A DNA stretch of 64,000 bases from Candidatus Omnitrophota bacterium (GCA_022710715.1 JAKLGJ010000001.1:234041-298040); one strand, 5' to 3'. Counted from the first letter of the stretch, positions 10,375 to 20,770 are shown. A program made the numbers and translations. Notes: generated by a model not told the origin, from the sequence alone.

Positions 10375-11175
10375 ATGTCCGAACAGCCATTACTGGAGAT
10401 CACCGATTTAAGGGTCACGTTCGATCTGGAGGGACGCCGGCTCACCGCGGTGGACGGGGCGCAGTTCAGCGTTGCCCGCAATGAAACGGCGGTGCTGGCC
10501 GGCGAATCCGGATCAGGAAAGACCATCACCGCGCTGGCGATCAGCCGTTTGCTGCCGCCCAACGCCGCGATCAGCTCCGGCAGCATCCGGTTCAACGGCC
10601 ATGATATCCTGCGCATGTCTCAAGAAGAGTTGACCGGCATGCGCGGTAAAGAGATCGCCTATATTTTTCAGGAGCCGGTAAGTTTCCTGAACCCGGTATT
10701 TACCATCGGCGACCAGATCGCGGAGACGATCGTGCTGCATCAGCGCGTCGCGCCGCAGCAGGCGCGCAGGCAGGCCGCGCAGTTGCTCGAACAGGTGCGC
10801 ATCCCCGATCCGCAGCGCGTGCTTGCCAGTTATCCGCATCAGCTCTCCGGCGGGATGAACCAGCGGGCTTTTATCGCCATGAGCCTGGCCTGTCAACCGC
10901 GCCTGTTGGTGGCCGACGAGCCGACCACGTCTCTGGATGTGACGATAGAGAGAGAGATCCTGGATCTGCTCATGGAATTGAAAAAATCGCTGGGATTTTC
11001 TTTATTGTTCATCACGCACAACCTGGCTATCGCCCGGAAGATCAGCGACCGGGTGATCATCATGTTCCAGGGGAAAGTGGTGGATCAGGGGGCGACCGAT
11101 ACTGTTTTCCGCTGTCCCCGGCATCACCATACCCGGGAACTGATCCAGGCTTACGAAAAGATCGGCAAACTATGA
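10375..11175 (+). CDS. ABC transporter ATP-binding protein (OppD/DppD-like).
   Basis: Walker A GESGSGKT, signature LSGGMNQR, Walker B LLVADEPT. Confidence 0.9.
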   Translation: MSEQPLLEITDLRVTFDLEGRRLTAVDGAQFSVARNETAVLAGESGSGKTITALAISRLLPPNAAISSGSIRFNGHDILRMSQEELTGMRGKEIAYIFQEPVSFLNPVFTIGDQIAETIVLHQRVAPQQARRQAAQLLEQVRIPDPQRVLASYPHQLSGGMNQRAFIAMSLACQPRLLVADEPTTSLDVTIEREILDLLMELKKSLGFSLLFITHNLAIARKISDRVIIMFQGKVVDQGATDTVFRCPRHHHTRELIQAYEKIGKL

Positions 11176-11921
11176 TCCTGGAAATACGCGATGTTTCCAA
11201 AGCATATGCGGTGGAAAAAGGCATGCTGCGTTCTGCCGCGGGAAGTGTACGGGCGCTGGACCGGGTCAGTTTGAGCGTGCGCGAATTCAGCACTATGGGC
11301 ATAGTCGGGGAGTCCGGTTCAGGCAAGACTACCCTGGCCAAGATCATCATGGGGCTGGTCGAACAGAGCAGCGGGGAAGTGGTTTTTAACCCCGCATTCA
11401 TCCGGACTTTTCACAAGGACGTGCAGATCATCTTCCAGAATCCTTTCAACAGTTTGGATCCTAAAATGCGGGTGGTGGATCTGGTGGGCGAACCGTTAGT
11501 GATCCACAAGCTGGCTCGCGGCAGGCGGCAGATCAAGGAAAGGGTCGCCGGTTTGCTGGAAACCGTGGAATTACCGGCAGACATTCTTTCCCGTTATCCC
11601 CACGAGTTCTCCGGAGGCCAGCGCCAGCGTATCTGTATCGCCCGCGCTCTGGCTTGCGAGCCGAAATTCCTGGTCCTGGATGAACCGATCTCGTCTCTGG
11701 ACCTGACTATCCAGGCCAGGATGCTGGACCTGTTCCTGGATCTGAAACAGCGCTATAAGCTGACCTATGTTTTTATCAGTCATAACCTGGCTGTAGTCAA
11801 GCACATAGCGGATGATCTGGTCGTTCTGCATCAGGGCAGGGTGGTGGAGCAGGGGGTGGCCCAGGATATTTTCGCCCGGCCGGCTGCGGACTACACGCGT
11901 TTACTCCTGGCCGCAGCTTAA
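11172..11921 (+). CDS. ABC transporter ATP-binding protein (OppF/DppF-like).
   Basis: Walker A GESGSGKTT, signature FSGGQRQR, Walker B LVLDEP. Confidence 0.9.
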   Translation: MILEIRDVSKAYAVEKGMLRSAAGSVRALDRVSLSVREFSTMGIVGESGSGKTTLAKIIMGLVEQSSGEVVFNPAFIRTFHKDVQIIFQNPFNSLDPKMRVVDLVGEPLVIHKLARGRRQIKERVAGLLETVELPADILSRYPHEFSGGQRQRICIARALACEPKFLVLDEPISSLDLTIQARMLDLFLDLKQRYKLTYVFISHNLAVVKHIADDLVVLHQGRVVEQGVAQDIFARPAADYTRLLLAAA

Positions 11922-11940
11922 AAAAAAGTTAAAAAAATAA

Positions 11941-11968
11941 TTGACACTAAAATAGATTGTGGTATACT
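11941..11968 (+). promoter_or_regulatory. Sigma70-like promoter for rplM-rpsI.
   Basis: TTGACA, a 16-17-nt spacer, then TATACT. The -10 ends about 10 nt before the rplM ATG and there is no Shine-Dalgarno sequence. Confidence 0.45.
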
Positions 11969-11977
11969 TTTAGAACT

Positions 11978-12409
11978 ATGCAAAAAACATATCTTCCCAA
12001 AGCAGCAGACATCAAAAGAAAGTGGTATCTGGTTGACGCCAAGGATCAGATCCTGGGCAGGCTTGCCAGCAGGGTAGCGATGGTGCTCCGGGGCAAGCAT
12101 AAACCCATGTTCACTCCTTCTATGGATACCGGCGATGGCGTTATTGTGATCAATGCCGCCAAAGTCAAAGTTACCGGCAGGAAGCTCAAAGACAAAGTAT
12201 ACAGGAGGTATTCTGGCTATCCCGGTGGACTTAAAGAGGTAACCCTGGAGAACATGCTCAAAAATCGACCGGAAACCGTGTTCAAGCTCGCCGTGGAACG
12301 CATGTTGCCCAAAGGCGCCTTGAGCGAAAAGACGATTTCGAAGCTTAAAGTGTATGCGGATGACAAACACAGTCATGCCGGATTAAAACCAGAAGCGATA
12401 AAATTATAA
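11978..12409 (+). CDS. rplM: 50S ribosomal protein L13.
   Basis: MQKTYLPKAADIKRKWYLVDA aligns with the canonical L13 N-terminus. The track ORF begins 21 nt upstream at an ATG inside the promoter, which I judge not to be the real start. Confidence 0.9.
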   Translation: MQKTYLPKAADIKRKWYLVDAKDQILGRLASRVAMVLRGKHKPMFTPSMDTGDGVIVINAAKVKVTGRKLKDKVYRRYSGYPGGLKEVTLENMLKNRPETVFKLAVERMLPKGALSEKTISKLKVYADDKHSHAGLKPEAIKL

Positions 12410-12413
12410 CCTT

Positions 12414-12809
12414 ATGGAAACATTAACCTATTACAGAACAGTCGGGCGCAGGAAGGAAGCCATAGCGCGTATCGCGCTGGCGCTGGGAAAAGGGTCTATT
12501 GTCGTCAACGGCAGGGACCTGGACGCGTATTTCACCCGTGAGACCGACCGGATCATTATCCGGCAGCCGCTGCGGGCGACCAATACCGTGACCAAATACG
12601 ATGTGACCGCCAATGTCAAAGGCGGTGGTCTTCCCGGACAGGCCGGAGCGATCCGCCATGCCTTATCCAGAGCGCTCATGCAGGCGGAACCGGAACTCAA
12701 GGATATTCTGCGTAAAAGCGGATTCCTCACCCGTGATCCCCGCATGAAGGAGCGCAAGAAGTCTGGACAGAAAGGCGCGCGTAAACGCTTCCAGTGGACT
12801 AAGAGGTAA
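12414..12809 (+). CDS. rpsI: 30S ribosomal protein S9.
   Basis: S9 family protein with the characteristic basic C-terminus GARKRFQWTKR. Confidence 0.9.
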   Translation: METLTYYRTVGRRKEAIARIALALGKGSIVVNGRDLDAYFTRETDRIIIRQPLRATNTVTKYDVTANVKGGGLPGQAGAIRHALSRALMQAEPELKDILRKSGFLTRDPRMKERKKSGQKGARKRFQWTKR

Positions 12810-12847
12810 TTTCGTAGCACCCGATAGACATGGTTTTTTACACACAA

Positions 12848-12879
12848 GAGTCCCGCGAGGAGCGGGACTCTTTGTTTTT
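12848..12879 (+). terminator. Rho-independent terminator after rpsI.
   Basis: GAGTCCCGC-GAGGA-GCGGGACTC hairpin followed by TTTGTTTTTG. Confidence 0.7.
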
Positions 12880-12919
12880 GCCCGCCGGAGAAAGGCAGGC
12901 TTGCCGACGAGAAAAATAC

Positions 12920-12947
12920 TTGCACTTGCCGGTATTATCGCTATAAT
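12920..12947 (+). promoter_or_regulatory. Sigma70-like promoter upstream of the arg operon.
   Basis: TTGCAC, a 16-nt spacer, then TATAAT. A GGAGGAAG ribosome-binding site precedes the argC ATG. Confidence 0.45.
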
Positions 12948-12976
12948 AATCATAGAGTACCCAGTCGGAGGAAGAG

Positions 12977-14002
12977 ATGATAATCAAAGCGGGAATTGTT
13001 GGAGCGACGGGATACGCCGGTCAGGCCCTGGTCGATATTCTGCTGCATCATCCGCAGGTGCGTATCAGCGGGTTGTATTCGACGACGGATGAACCCCGGC
13101 CTTTCGCGCAGGTCTGTCCGCGTTTCGCGGGTCTCGTTCCTTTATCGGTCAAGAAGTTTGCGGTCAAAGATCTGATCGCTTCCGCCGATGTGGCTTTTCT
13201 GGCTTTGCCGCACACCGCGTCGATGAGCGTGGTCCCGGCGCTGCTCAAGGCGGGAAAACGGGTCATTGATTTGAGCGCGGATTACCGGCTCAAAGACAGC
13301 AAAACATACGCGCGGGCCTATGGCCTGGCGCACAGGGATAAACAGAATATCGCGCGTTCGGTCTACGGCCTGCCGGAACTCTATCGGCAGAAAATCGGCA
13401 AAGCCAGGCTCGTTGCCAATCCGGGGTGTTACCCCACCGGCGCGATCCTGGGACTGGCTCCGCTTGCCGCTATTCACGGCAAGGATATCCTTTGCGTGTA
13501 TATCGACGCGAAATCCGGCGCCAGCGGCGCAGGTAAAAAAGCGGTGCAGGAAATGCTTTTTACCGAAGTCGATGAGGATTTCCGGGCCTATAAAGTCAAT
13601 ACGCATCAGCATCTCCCCGAGATCGCGCAGGAGCTTTCCCATCTGGCCGGCAGGAAACAAAAGCCGGTGTTTGTGCCGCATCTGTTGCCTTTGAAATCGG
13701 GCATCCTTGAGACCATCTATGTCAAGATGCGCGCGCCGCGGGCAATGACGACCCAGTCGGTTATCGCGCTGTATAAGAAATTCTATCAGCGCGAGCCGTT
13801 CGTGCGTATCCGGGAAAAAGGTCAGTTTCCCGCGCTTAAAGATGTCGCAGGATCGAATTTTTGCGATATCGGCCTTCAGGCAGACGGCGATGATATTATT
13901 GTCATCGTTGCTCTGGATAATCTGATCAAAGGGGCGGCCGGGCAGGCAGTGCAGAATTTGAATATCATGTTCGGGTTTCCCGAGACAACCGCGCTCGTAT
14001 GA
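12977..14002 (+). CDS. argC: N-acetyl-gamma-glutamyl-phosphate reductase.
   Basis: GATGYAGQ NAD-binding N-terminus. The catalytic Cys is in context ANPGCYPT. Confidence 0.9.
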   Translation: MIIKAGIVGATGYAGQALVDILLHHPQVRISGLYSTTDEPRPFAQVCPRFAGLVPLSVKKFAVKDLIASADVAFLALPHTASMSVVPALLKAGKRVIDLSADYRLKDSKTYARAYGLAHRDKQNIARSVYGLPELYRQKIGKARLVANPGCYPTGAILGLAPLAAIHGKDILCVYIDAKSGASGAGKKAVQEMLFTEVDEDFRAYKVNTHQHLPEIAQELSHLAGRKQKPVFVPHLLPLKSGILETIYVKMRAPRAMTTQSVIALYKKFYQREPFVRIREKGQFPALKDVAGSNFCDIGLQADGDDIIVIVALDNLIKGAAGQAVQNLNIMFGFPETTALV

Positions 14003-14030
14003 TCCGGCGCATCCAGCGTTCTCTATCCAC

Positions 14031-15167
14031 ATGAACATACTCCATAAAGCTGTTTTACCGGGTGGATTTACTGCCAGCGGCGTTGCCTGCGGATTGAAAA
14101 AATCCGGCAAGCCGGATCTGGCGTTGATCTATTCCCGGCGGCCGGCTCTGGCCTGCGGCATGTTTACCACCAATACCATACCCGCGGCGCCGGTCGTGCT
14201 TTGCCGGAAGCATCTTGCTGCCGCCAGGGAGGTGCACGCTATCGTCGCTAACAGCGGCAACGCCAATTGTTTTACCGGAAAAGCCGGCATGGCCGACGCA
14301 CGGCTTATGACCGGGTTGACCGCCCGCCAGTTGCACGTCGATCCGCAGCAGGTGCTGGTCGGTTCTACCGGGATCATCGGCAAGCGGATGAATATGCAGG
14401 CGGTCAAAACCGGTATTCCGCCGTTGATCGGGGCGCTTTCGGTCAGAGGTATCGCGCAGGCCAAGAAAGCGATCATGACCACCGATCGATTGGCCAAAGA
14501 GATTACCGTCCGGGTGGCTGTCGGCGGCGCAACAGTGACTGTTTGCGGTATCGCCAAGGGGGCGGGGATGATCGCTCCGAACATGGCGACCATGCTTTGT
14601 TTTATCATGACCGACGCCCGGATCTCCAGAAGCGCTCTGGAGCAGGCAATGCGGTCCGCAGTCGATCGTTCCTTCAACTGTATTACGGTGGACGGCTGCA
14701 TGAGCACCAACGATACGGTGATCGTGATGGCTAACGGTCACGCGGGAAATGTGCCTATCCGGCAGGGCAGCGAGTATCAGCTTTTTTACCGGGCGCTCTC
14801 TGCGGTCTGCCAGCATCTGGCTACGATGATGGTCAGGGATGGGGAAGGCGCGAGCAAATGCATCCGGATCCGGGTCAGGCATGCCCGGGATTTCCGGGAG
14901 GCTAAAACCGCCGCGCTGGCGATCGCCAATTCCAATCTGTTCAAAACCGCGATGTTCGGCGAAAATCCGAATTTCGGCAGAATCGTGGCCAGCGTGGGCG
15001 CCAGCGGCATCGGCGTGCGAGAACAGGATCTGAAGATCAAGCTCGGCCCTTTGAGCGGCAAAGACGTTTCGGTGGACGTGAGTTTATCCCGCGGCAAAGC
15101 GGAGTGCACGGTGTACACGTCAGACCTGACCAACACGTATATCAAAATAAACGCGGCATATAATTAA
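14031..15167 (+). CDS. argJ: Bifunctional glutamate N-acetyltransferase / ornithine acetyltransferase ArgJ.
   Basis: The autoproteolysis site ATMLCFIMTDA is present, along with other ArgJ family signatures. Confidence 0.9.
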   Translation: MNILHKAVLPGGFTASGVACGLKKSGKPDLALIYSRRPALACGMFTTNTIPAAPVVLCRKHLAAAREVHAIVANSGNANCFTGKAGMADARLMTGLTARQLHVDPQQVLVGSTGIIGKRMNMQAVKTGIPPLIGALSVRGIAQAKKAIMTTDRLAKEITVRVAVGGATVTVCGIAKGAGMIAPNMATMLCFIMTDARISRSALEQAMRSAVDRSFNCITVDGCMSTNDTVIVMANGHAGNVPIRQGSEYQLFYRALSAVCQHLATMMVRDGEGASKCIRIRVRHARDFREAKTAALAIANSNLFKTAMFGENPNFGRIVASVGASGIGVREQDLKIKLGPLSGKDVSVDVSLSRGKAECTVYTSDLTNTYIKINAAYN

Positions 15168-15179
15168 GAGAGGTTTACT

Positions 15180-16034
15180 ATGCAGGACGCAATCAGGAAA
15201 GCGGATGTATTGATCGAGGCGCTGCCGTATATCCGGCAGTTCCATAACAAGATCATCGTGATCAAATACGGCGGCAGCATTCTGGGCGAAGAGAAGATCC
15301 GCAAGGGAGTGCTGGAAGACATTGTTTTCATGAATTTCATGGGATTGCGTCCGGTGCTGGTTCACGGCGGCGGACCGAATATCAGCGACCGCATGCGTCA
15401 ATCCGGCAAAAAAACCGATTTCGTAGACGGGATGCGGGTGACCGATGAGCAGACCCTGGCCGTGGTGGAAGAAGAATTGAAAAAACTCAACGATCTGATC
15501 GTCAAAGAGATCGCCGAATTGGGAGCCAGGGCCGTGGGCTTGAACGGTAAGGAAAATGAACTCATCCAGGTGGAGAAAAAGAAGGCGAAGATCGACCTCG
15601 GGCTGGTCGGCCATATTACCGGCATCAATACCGCGCCTATTTTGAAAGCCGCCGACGAAGATAAAGTGGTGGTGGTCCTGCCGATGGGCGGGGGCAAGGA
15701 CGGCAAGACGTACAATGTCAATGCCGATGAAGCGGCCGCGAATGTCGCCGAAGCGCTGAAAGCGGAGAAGCTGGTTTTATTGACCAACGTCAAAGGCATC
15801 ATGCGTAACGCCGAAGATCCCAGCTCTTTCATCTCTACCCTCAATCGGGAAGAGACCGAGGCTCTCATGAAGGATAAAGTGATCCAGCAGGGTATGATCC
15901 CCAAGGTCGATGCGTGTATCCACGCGTTGAACAAAGGGGTAAAGAAAACGCATATTGTGGATGCCTGTATCCCGCACGCGTTATTGCTGGAGATTTTTAC
16001 GGTAAAAGGGATCGGTACGGAGATCGTCAAATAA
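15180..16034 (+). CDS. argB: Acetylglutamate kinase.
   Basis: Amino-acid kinase family motifs VIKYGGS and LVHGGGP. Its stop overlaps the argD start (ATAATG). Confidence 0.9.
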   Translation: MQDAIRKADVLIEALPYIRQFHNKIIVIKYGGSILGEEKIRKGVLEDIVFMNFMGLRPVLVHGGGPNISDRMRQSGKKTDFVDGMRVTDEQTLAVVEEELKKLNDLIVKEIAELGARAVGLNGKENELIQVEKKKAKIDLGLVGHITGINTAPILKAADEDKVVVVLPMGGGKDGKTYNVNADEAAANVAEALKAEKLVLLTNVKGIMRNAEDPSSFISTLNREETEALMKDKVIQQGMIPKVDACIHALNKGVKKTHIVDACIPHALLLEIFTVKGIGTEIVK

Positions 16035-17224
16035 TGAAGATGCAGGAAGTTTTCGACAACTACAAAGAATATATCGTGCCCAGCTATACCAAAGTTCCTT
16101 TGATCTTCGTCAAGGGCAAAGGGAATTATCTCTGGGATGTTCAGGGCAGGAAGTATCTTGATTTCTTCCCCGGCTGGGGCGTGGGGAATCTCGGTCATTG
16201 CCATTTCAAAGTGATGTGCGCGGTACGCGATCAGATCTCCAAATTGATCTTCGTGCCGAATAATTATTTCACCCTGCCGCAGGCGCAGCTGGCCAAAGAG
16301 TTGAATTTCTGGACCAAAGAACCGTTCAAGGTTTTTTACGCCAATTCCGGCGCCGAGGCGAATGAAGCGGCGATCAAGCTTAGCCGCAAGTTCGGCAACG
16401 GCCGGTATGAGATCATTACCTTCGAGAACGCTTTTCACGGCCGGACCATCGGCGCTCTGTCGGCCACCGGCCAGGCTAAATATCAGCAGGGATTCGCTCC
16501 GCTGGTCGAGGGATTCAAGTCCGTCCGGTTCAACGACATTGCCGCGGTGCAGGCGGCGCTGGGTCCGCAAACCGCGGCGGTCATGCTTGAGCTGGTCCAG
16601 GGAGAAGGCGGGATCAACATTGCCACCGCGGAATTCGTGCAGTCACTGCGCCGGTTATGCGACGAGAAAAAACTGCTTTTGATCATCGATGAAGTGCAGA
16701 CCGGCATCGGCCGCACCGGGACCATGTTCGGCTGGCAGCAGTACGGGATCGTTCCGGACGTGTTCACTCTGGCCAAGGCGCTCGGCGGCGGGTTGCCGAT
16801 CGGAGCGATGCTGGCCAGAAAGGAACTGGCCGACCTGTTGACCCCGGGCACCCACGCGTCCACGTTCGGGGGAGGGCCGGTGATCTGCAAAGCCGCTCTG
16901 GCAGTGCTGCGGACCGTGCAGCAGGAAAAACTGCTGCAGAATGCCAAAGAAGCCGGCGCGTACCTGCGCGCGGCATTGGAGAACCTGAAGAAAAAATACG
17001 CCCAGATCAAGGACGTCAGAGGCGTAGGTTTGATGTGCGGGGTGGAATTGACCGTGCCCGGCAAGTCCGTTGTGGAAGAATGCGCCAAAAACGGTCTGTT
17101 GATCAACTGCACGCATGACACGGTGCTGCGGATCATGCCGGCATTGAATATCACCACGCGCGAGATAAACAAAGCGGTAGCGATCCTGGATTGCAGTCTG
17201 GACGCGGTTTTGAAACAGGGGTAG
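16034..17224 (+). CDS. argD: Acetylornithine aminotransferase.
   Basis: Class III PLP aminotransferase with IIDEVQTGIGRTG and the PLP-Lys region. I place the start at the internal MKMQEVF (16034) rather than the track ORF start at 15914, which would overlap argB by 120 nt. Confidence 0.85.
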   Translation: MKMQEVFDNYKEYIVPSYTKVPLIFVKGKGNYLWDVQGRKYLDFFPGWGVGNLGHCHFKVMCAVRDQISKLIFVPNNYFTLPQAQLAKELNFWTKEPFKVFYANSGAEANEAAIKLSRKFGNGRYEIITFENAFHGRTIGALSATGQAKYQQGFAPLVEGFKSVRFNDIAAVQAALGPQTAAVMLELVQGEGGINIATAEFVQSLRRLCDEKKLLLIIDEVQTGIGRTGTMFGWQQYGIVPDVFTLAKALGGGLPIGAMLARKELADLLTPGTHASTFGGGPVICKAALAVLRTVQQEKLLQNAKEAGAYLRAALENLKKKYAQIKDVRGVGLMCGVELTVPGKSVVEECAKNGLLINCTHDTVLRIMPALNITTREINKAVAILDCSLDAVLKQG

Positions 17225-17247
17225 CGTGAAAGAAGGGAAAAAGCGTC

Positions 17248-18162
17248 ATGAATAAAGACCTGATTACCATACGTCAGTTGAACGTGAAGGAAATCGATGA
17301 GATTTTTGCTCTGACCGCCCGGATCAAGAAAACGCCCGGCCGGTTCAGCCGGACGCTGCAGGGTAAGAGCCTGGCCATGATCTTTCAGAAACCGTCGAAC
17401 CGGACCTATGTGTCTTTCTCGGTAGGGATGTTCGAACTCGGCGGCCATGCTCTTTATCTGGGGCCGGAACATATTAACCTGGGCGTGCGCGAAACCGTAG
17501 CCGATGTGGCCAGGACGTTGAGCCGTTTTGTGAGCGGGATCGTGCTGCGGACCTTTGCCCATCAGACGGTGCTGGATATGGCGGAGGCAGCCAGCGTGCC
17601 GGTGATCAACGGCCTGTCGGATTATTCCCATCCTTGCCAGGCGCTGGCGGATATTTTTACCATCAAAGAGAGATTCGGTAAAGTCAAAGGATTGACCCTG
17701 GCCTATGTGGGCGACGGAAACAATGTCTGTAATTCCCTGCTCTACGCGGCTTCAAAGCTCGGGTTACATATGCGCGTGGCTACTCCGAAAGGATATGAGC
17801 CGGATCAAGAACTGATGCGGCTGGTGCTCGAATCGGCCCGGGCGACCGGCGCACGCATTGAGCTGCTCCGTTCGCCGCAGGATGCGGCGCGCAATGCCGA
17901 TGTGCTCTATACGGACGTCTGGACGTCCATGGGCCAGGAGAGCGAATTCAAGAAACGGCTGCGCGTTTTTAAAACCTATCAGATCAACGCCCGGCTGGTG
18001 TCTCTGGCTAAGAAAACGTGCCTGGTGATGCATTGTCTGCCTGCGCATCGCGGCGACGAGATCACCGATGAAGTCATAGACGGCAAGCATTCGGTGGTAT
18101 TCGACCAGGCGGAAAACCGCCTGCATGTGCAGAAAGCGGTACTGGTCAAACTGTTGAAATAA
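17248..18162 (+). CDS. argF: Ornithine carbamoyltransferase.
   Basis: STRTR-like motif SNRTYVSF, the HPCQ motif, and HCLPAHRG. Confidence 0.9.
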   Translation: MNKDLITIRQLNVKEIDEIFALTARIKKTPGRFSRTLQGKSLAMIFQKPSNRTYVSFSVGMFELGGHALYLGPEHINLGVRETVADVARTLSRFVSGIVLRTFAHQTVLDMAEAASVPVINGLSDYSHPCQALADIFTIKERFGKVKGLTLAYVGDGNNVCNSLLYAASKLGLHMRVATPKGYEPDQELMRLVLESARATGARIELLRSPQDAARNADVLYTDVWTSMGQESEFKKRLRVFKTYQINARLVSLAKKTCLVMHCLPAHRGDEITDEVIDGKHSVVFDQAENRLHVQKAVLVKLLK

Positions 18163-18190
18163 AACCGTATCTAACAATCGAGGTATAAGC

Positions 18191-19360
18191 ATGAAAAAGA
18201 TCGTTCTGGCGTACTCCGGAGGGTTGGATACCTCGTGCGCCATCAAATGGTTCAAAGATAAAGGGTACGACGTGGTCTGTTTTATCGCCGATCTGGGCCA
18301 GGGCGAGGATTTTCAGAAGATCGAGGAGCGCGGTCTGGCCGGCGGCGCGTCCAAGGTGTACTGTAAGAATTTGCAGGAAGAATTCATCGACGATTTCATC
18401 GTCCCGTCGCTCAAGGCCAATGCCGTCTATGAGGGTAAATACCTGCTGGCTACGGCTCTGGGCCGGCCGCTGATCGCCAAATACCTGGTAGAAGTGGCGC
18501 ACAAGGAAAAGGCGGAAGCCGTGGCGCACGGTTGTACCGGCAAAGGCAATGATCAGGTCCGCCTGGAAGTGACTACCGGCATCCTTGACCCGAAACTCAA
18601 GATACTCGCGCCCTTGCGCGAATGGGAGTTCAAGTCTCGCGATGAAGAGATCGAATACGCCAGGAAACACAACATCCCGATCGACGTGACCAAGAAGAAG
18701 CCGTACAGTATCGATCGTAACCTCTGGGGCATTTCCATCGAAGCCGGTATCCTGGAAAATCTCGATCAGGAGCCGCCGGAAGATTGTTACCTTATCACCA
18801 AAAGCCCGACCGGCACCGCGACCTATCCGAAATATGTGGAGATCGCTTTTGAAAAGGGCGTACCGAAAAAACTCGACGGCAAGAATGTGAAGCTCAAAGA
18901 TCTGATCATGAGCCTGAACGAGATCGGCGGCAGTTACGGTATCGGCAGGTATGATATGGTGGAGAACCGCCTGGTGGGCATCAAGTCGCGCGAGATCTAC
19001 GAAGCGCCTGCCGCCACCATGCTGCATATCGCTCACCGCGAGCTGGAAGCGCTGGTTCTCGACCGCGACCTGATGCATTTCAAGGAGATGATCTCCCAGA
19101 AGTATGCGGAATTGATCTATTACGGATTGTGGTATTCGCATCTTAAGGAGTCTCTGGACGCTTTTGTCGAAACCACGCAGAAGTATGTCACCGGCTCGAT
19201 CCGCCTGAAGCTGTTCAAAGGCAATTGCGTGCCGGTGGGCAGATCCTCCGCGCATTCGCTCTATAAAAAAGAGTTGGCGACTTACGGCAGCGAAGATAAG
19301 TTCGACCAGCGGTTGGCGGAAGGATTCATCAGGCTCTGGGGTATGCCGTATAAGCGATAA
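18191..19360 (+). CDS. argG: Argininosuccinate synthase.
   Basis: PP-loop AYSGGLDTS and other ArgG family signatures. Confidence 0.9.
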   Translation: MKKIVLAYSGGLDTSCAIKWFKDKGYDVVCFIADLGQGEDFQKIEERGLAGGASKVYCKNLQEEFIDDFIVPSLKANAVYEGKYLLATALGRPLIAKYLVEVAHKEKAEAVAHGCTGKGNDQVRLEVTTGILDPKLKILAPLREWEFKSRDEEIEYARKHNIPIDVTKKKPYSIDRNLWGISIEAGILENLDQEPPEDCYLITKSPTGTATYPKYVEIAFEKGVPKKLDGKNVKLKDLIMSLNEIGGSYGIGRYDMVENRLVGIKSREIYEAPAATMLHIAHRELEALVLDRDLMHFKEMISQKYAELIYYGLWYSHLKESLDAFVETTQKYVTGSIRLKLFKGNCVPVGRSSAHSLYKKELATYGSEDKFDQRLAEGFIRLWGMPYKR

Positions 19361-19376
19361 CTATCGAGGTTCGATC

Positions 19377-20729
19377 ATGACGAAAAAATTGTGGGGCGGC
19401 AGGTTCAAGAAAGAAATGAACAAGGATTTTTACCGGTTCCAGCAATCCATTCAGTATGACTGGCGGCTGGGCATGTACGATGTTTTTCACTCGCTGATCC
19501 ATATCCGCGCGCTGGTGCACACCAACGTTTTAAGCGCTTCCGAAGCCTACAAGCTCGAGCGGGCGCTGGCGGATATACTCAAAGAAATACAGTCCGGCGA
19601 ATTCCGCTATCATCCCGGCTCCGAAGACATACATACCGAGATACAGAACCGGCTGGAGACCAGGGTCGGGGAAATCGCTCTGAAGCTGCACAGCTTCCGT
19701 TCCCGCAACGATCAGATCGCCTTTGACGTTACGTTCTTCTGCGTGCATGAGGCGCAGCGGATCTTCGCGCTGCTGCTTGCCCTTCAGGCCAATCTGCATG
19801 AACTCGCCCGCGAACATAAACACGATTTCTTTATCGGCTATACGCACACCCGCAGGGCGCAGGTCATCCGTTTCTCCCAGTACCTGCTGGGATTCGAATC
19901 GATGCTGCACCGCGATCAGCACCGATTCGATGATTTCGCCAAACACACCTATGTTTTTATCGGTTCAGGCGCGCTGGCCGGCAGCTATATCAAATCCGAA
20001 GATTATACCAAAGCGATCACCCGGTTTACGCATACCTACTGCAAGCATCTGCCGGTAAAGATCTCGCTGGTCAAGAATTCCCTGGATAATGTTTCCAACC
20101 GGGACACGGCCATACAGTTCTTGAGCCACATCGCCACCCTGCAGATGCATCTGTCGCGCATGGCCGAGGATTTTATCCTGTATTCTACCCCGGAGTTCGC
20201 TTATCTCGAACTCCCCGAGGAATTCTGCACCGGTTCCAGCTACATGCCGCATAAGAAGAACCCGGATTTCCTGGAGCTGGTCAGAGGACAGACCGGCAGG
20301 ATTTACGGTAATCTTACCGCACTCCTGACCACGATGAAGGGTTTACCTTCGACGTATAACCGGGACATGCAGCTGGACAAGGAACCGCTTTTCTCATCGG
20401 TCGATATCATCAAAGAGGAATTGACGCTGATGGCGGAATTCGTCAAAGGTTTGAACCTGAACCGGGAGACGGTCGCCGCGGTGCTCAAGGACGAGACATT
20501 GTACGCCACCGAGATCGCCGAATTTCTGGTGGGTAAAGGCGTAGCTTTTCGCAAGGCGCACGAGATTGTCGGCAAACTGGTCATGCATGCAGAAGACAAC
20601 GAAGTCAGGCTCACGGATATGACGGATAACGGCCTGAAAACATTTTCCGAACATCTGAATAAGAAGGTTTTGCATAAGATCATTTCTCCAGCTTTTGCGG
20701 TTTCGTCAAAGCGGTCGTTGCGCAGGTAA
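19377..20729 (+). CDS. argH: Argininosuccinate lyase.
   Basis: Fumarate-lyase signature GSSYMPHKKNPD. Confidence 0.9.
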   Translation: MTKKLWGGRFKKEMNKDFYRFQQSIQYDWRLGMYDVFHSLIHIRALVHTNVLSASEAYKLERALADILKEIQSGEFRYHPGSEDIHTEIQNRLETRVGEIALKLHSFRSRNDQIAFDVTFFCVHEAQRIFALLLALQANLHELAREHKHDFFIGYTHTRRAQVIRFSQYLLGFESMLHRDQHRFDDFAKHTYVFIGSGALAGSYIKSEDYTKAITRFTHTYCKHLPVKISLVKNSLDNVSNRDTAIQFLSHIATLQMHLSRMAEDFILYSTPEFAYLELPEEFCTGSSYMPHKKNPDFLELVRGQTGRIYGNLTALLTTMKGLPSTYNRDMQLDKEPLFSSVDIIKEELTLMAEFVKGLNLNRETVAAVLKDETLYATEIAEFLVGKGVAFRKAHEIVGKLVMHAEDNEVRLTDMTDNGLKTFSEHLNKKVLHKIISPAFAVSSKRSLRR

Positions 20730-20770
20730 GACCGGACGTAAAGCCGATCCATTAACCTTTAAACAAGGCG

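Noticed and set aside
15398-16570. 390-aa minus-strand ORF.
   Set aside because: It lies entirely antisense to argB and argD, which have strong homology support on the + strand. This is a typical long shadow ORF in GC-rich DNA, and the translation has no recognisable motifs.
16483-17631. 382-aa minus-strand ORF.
   Set aside because: It is antisense to argD and argF. It is a shadow ORF with no motif support.
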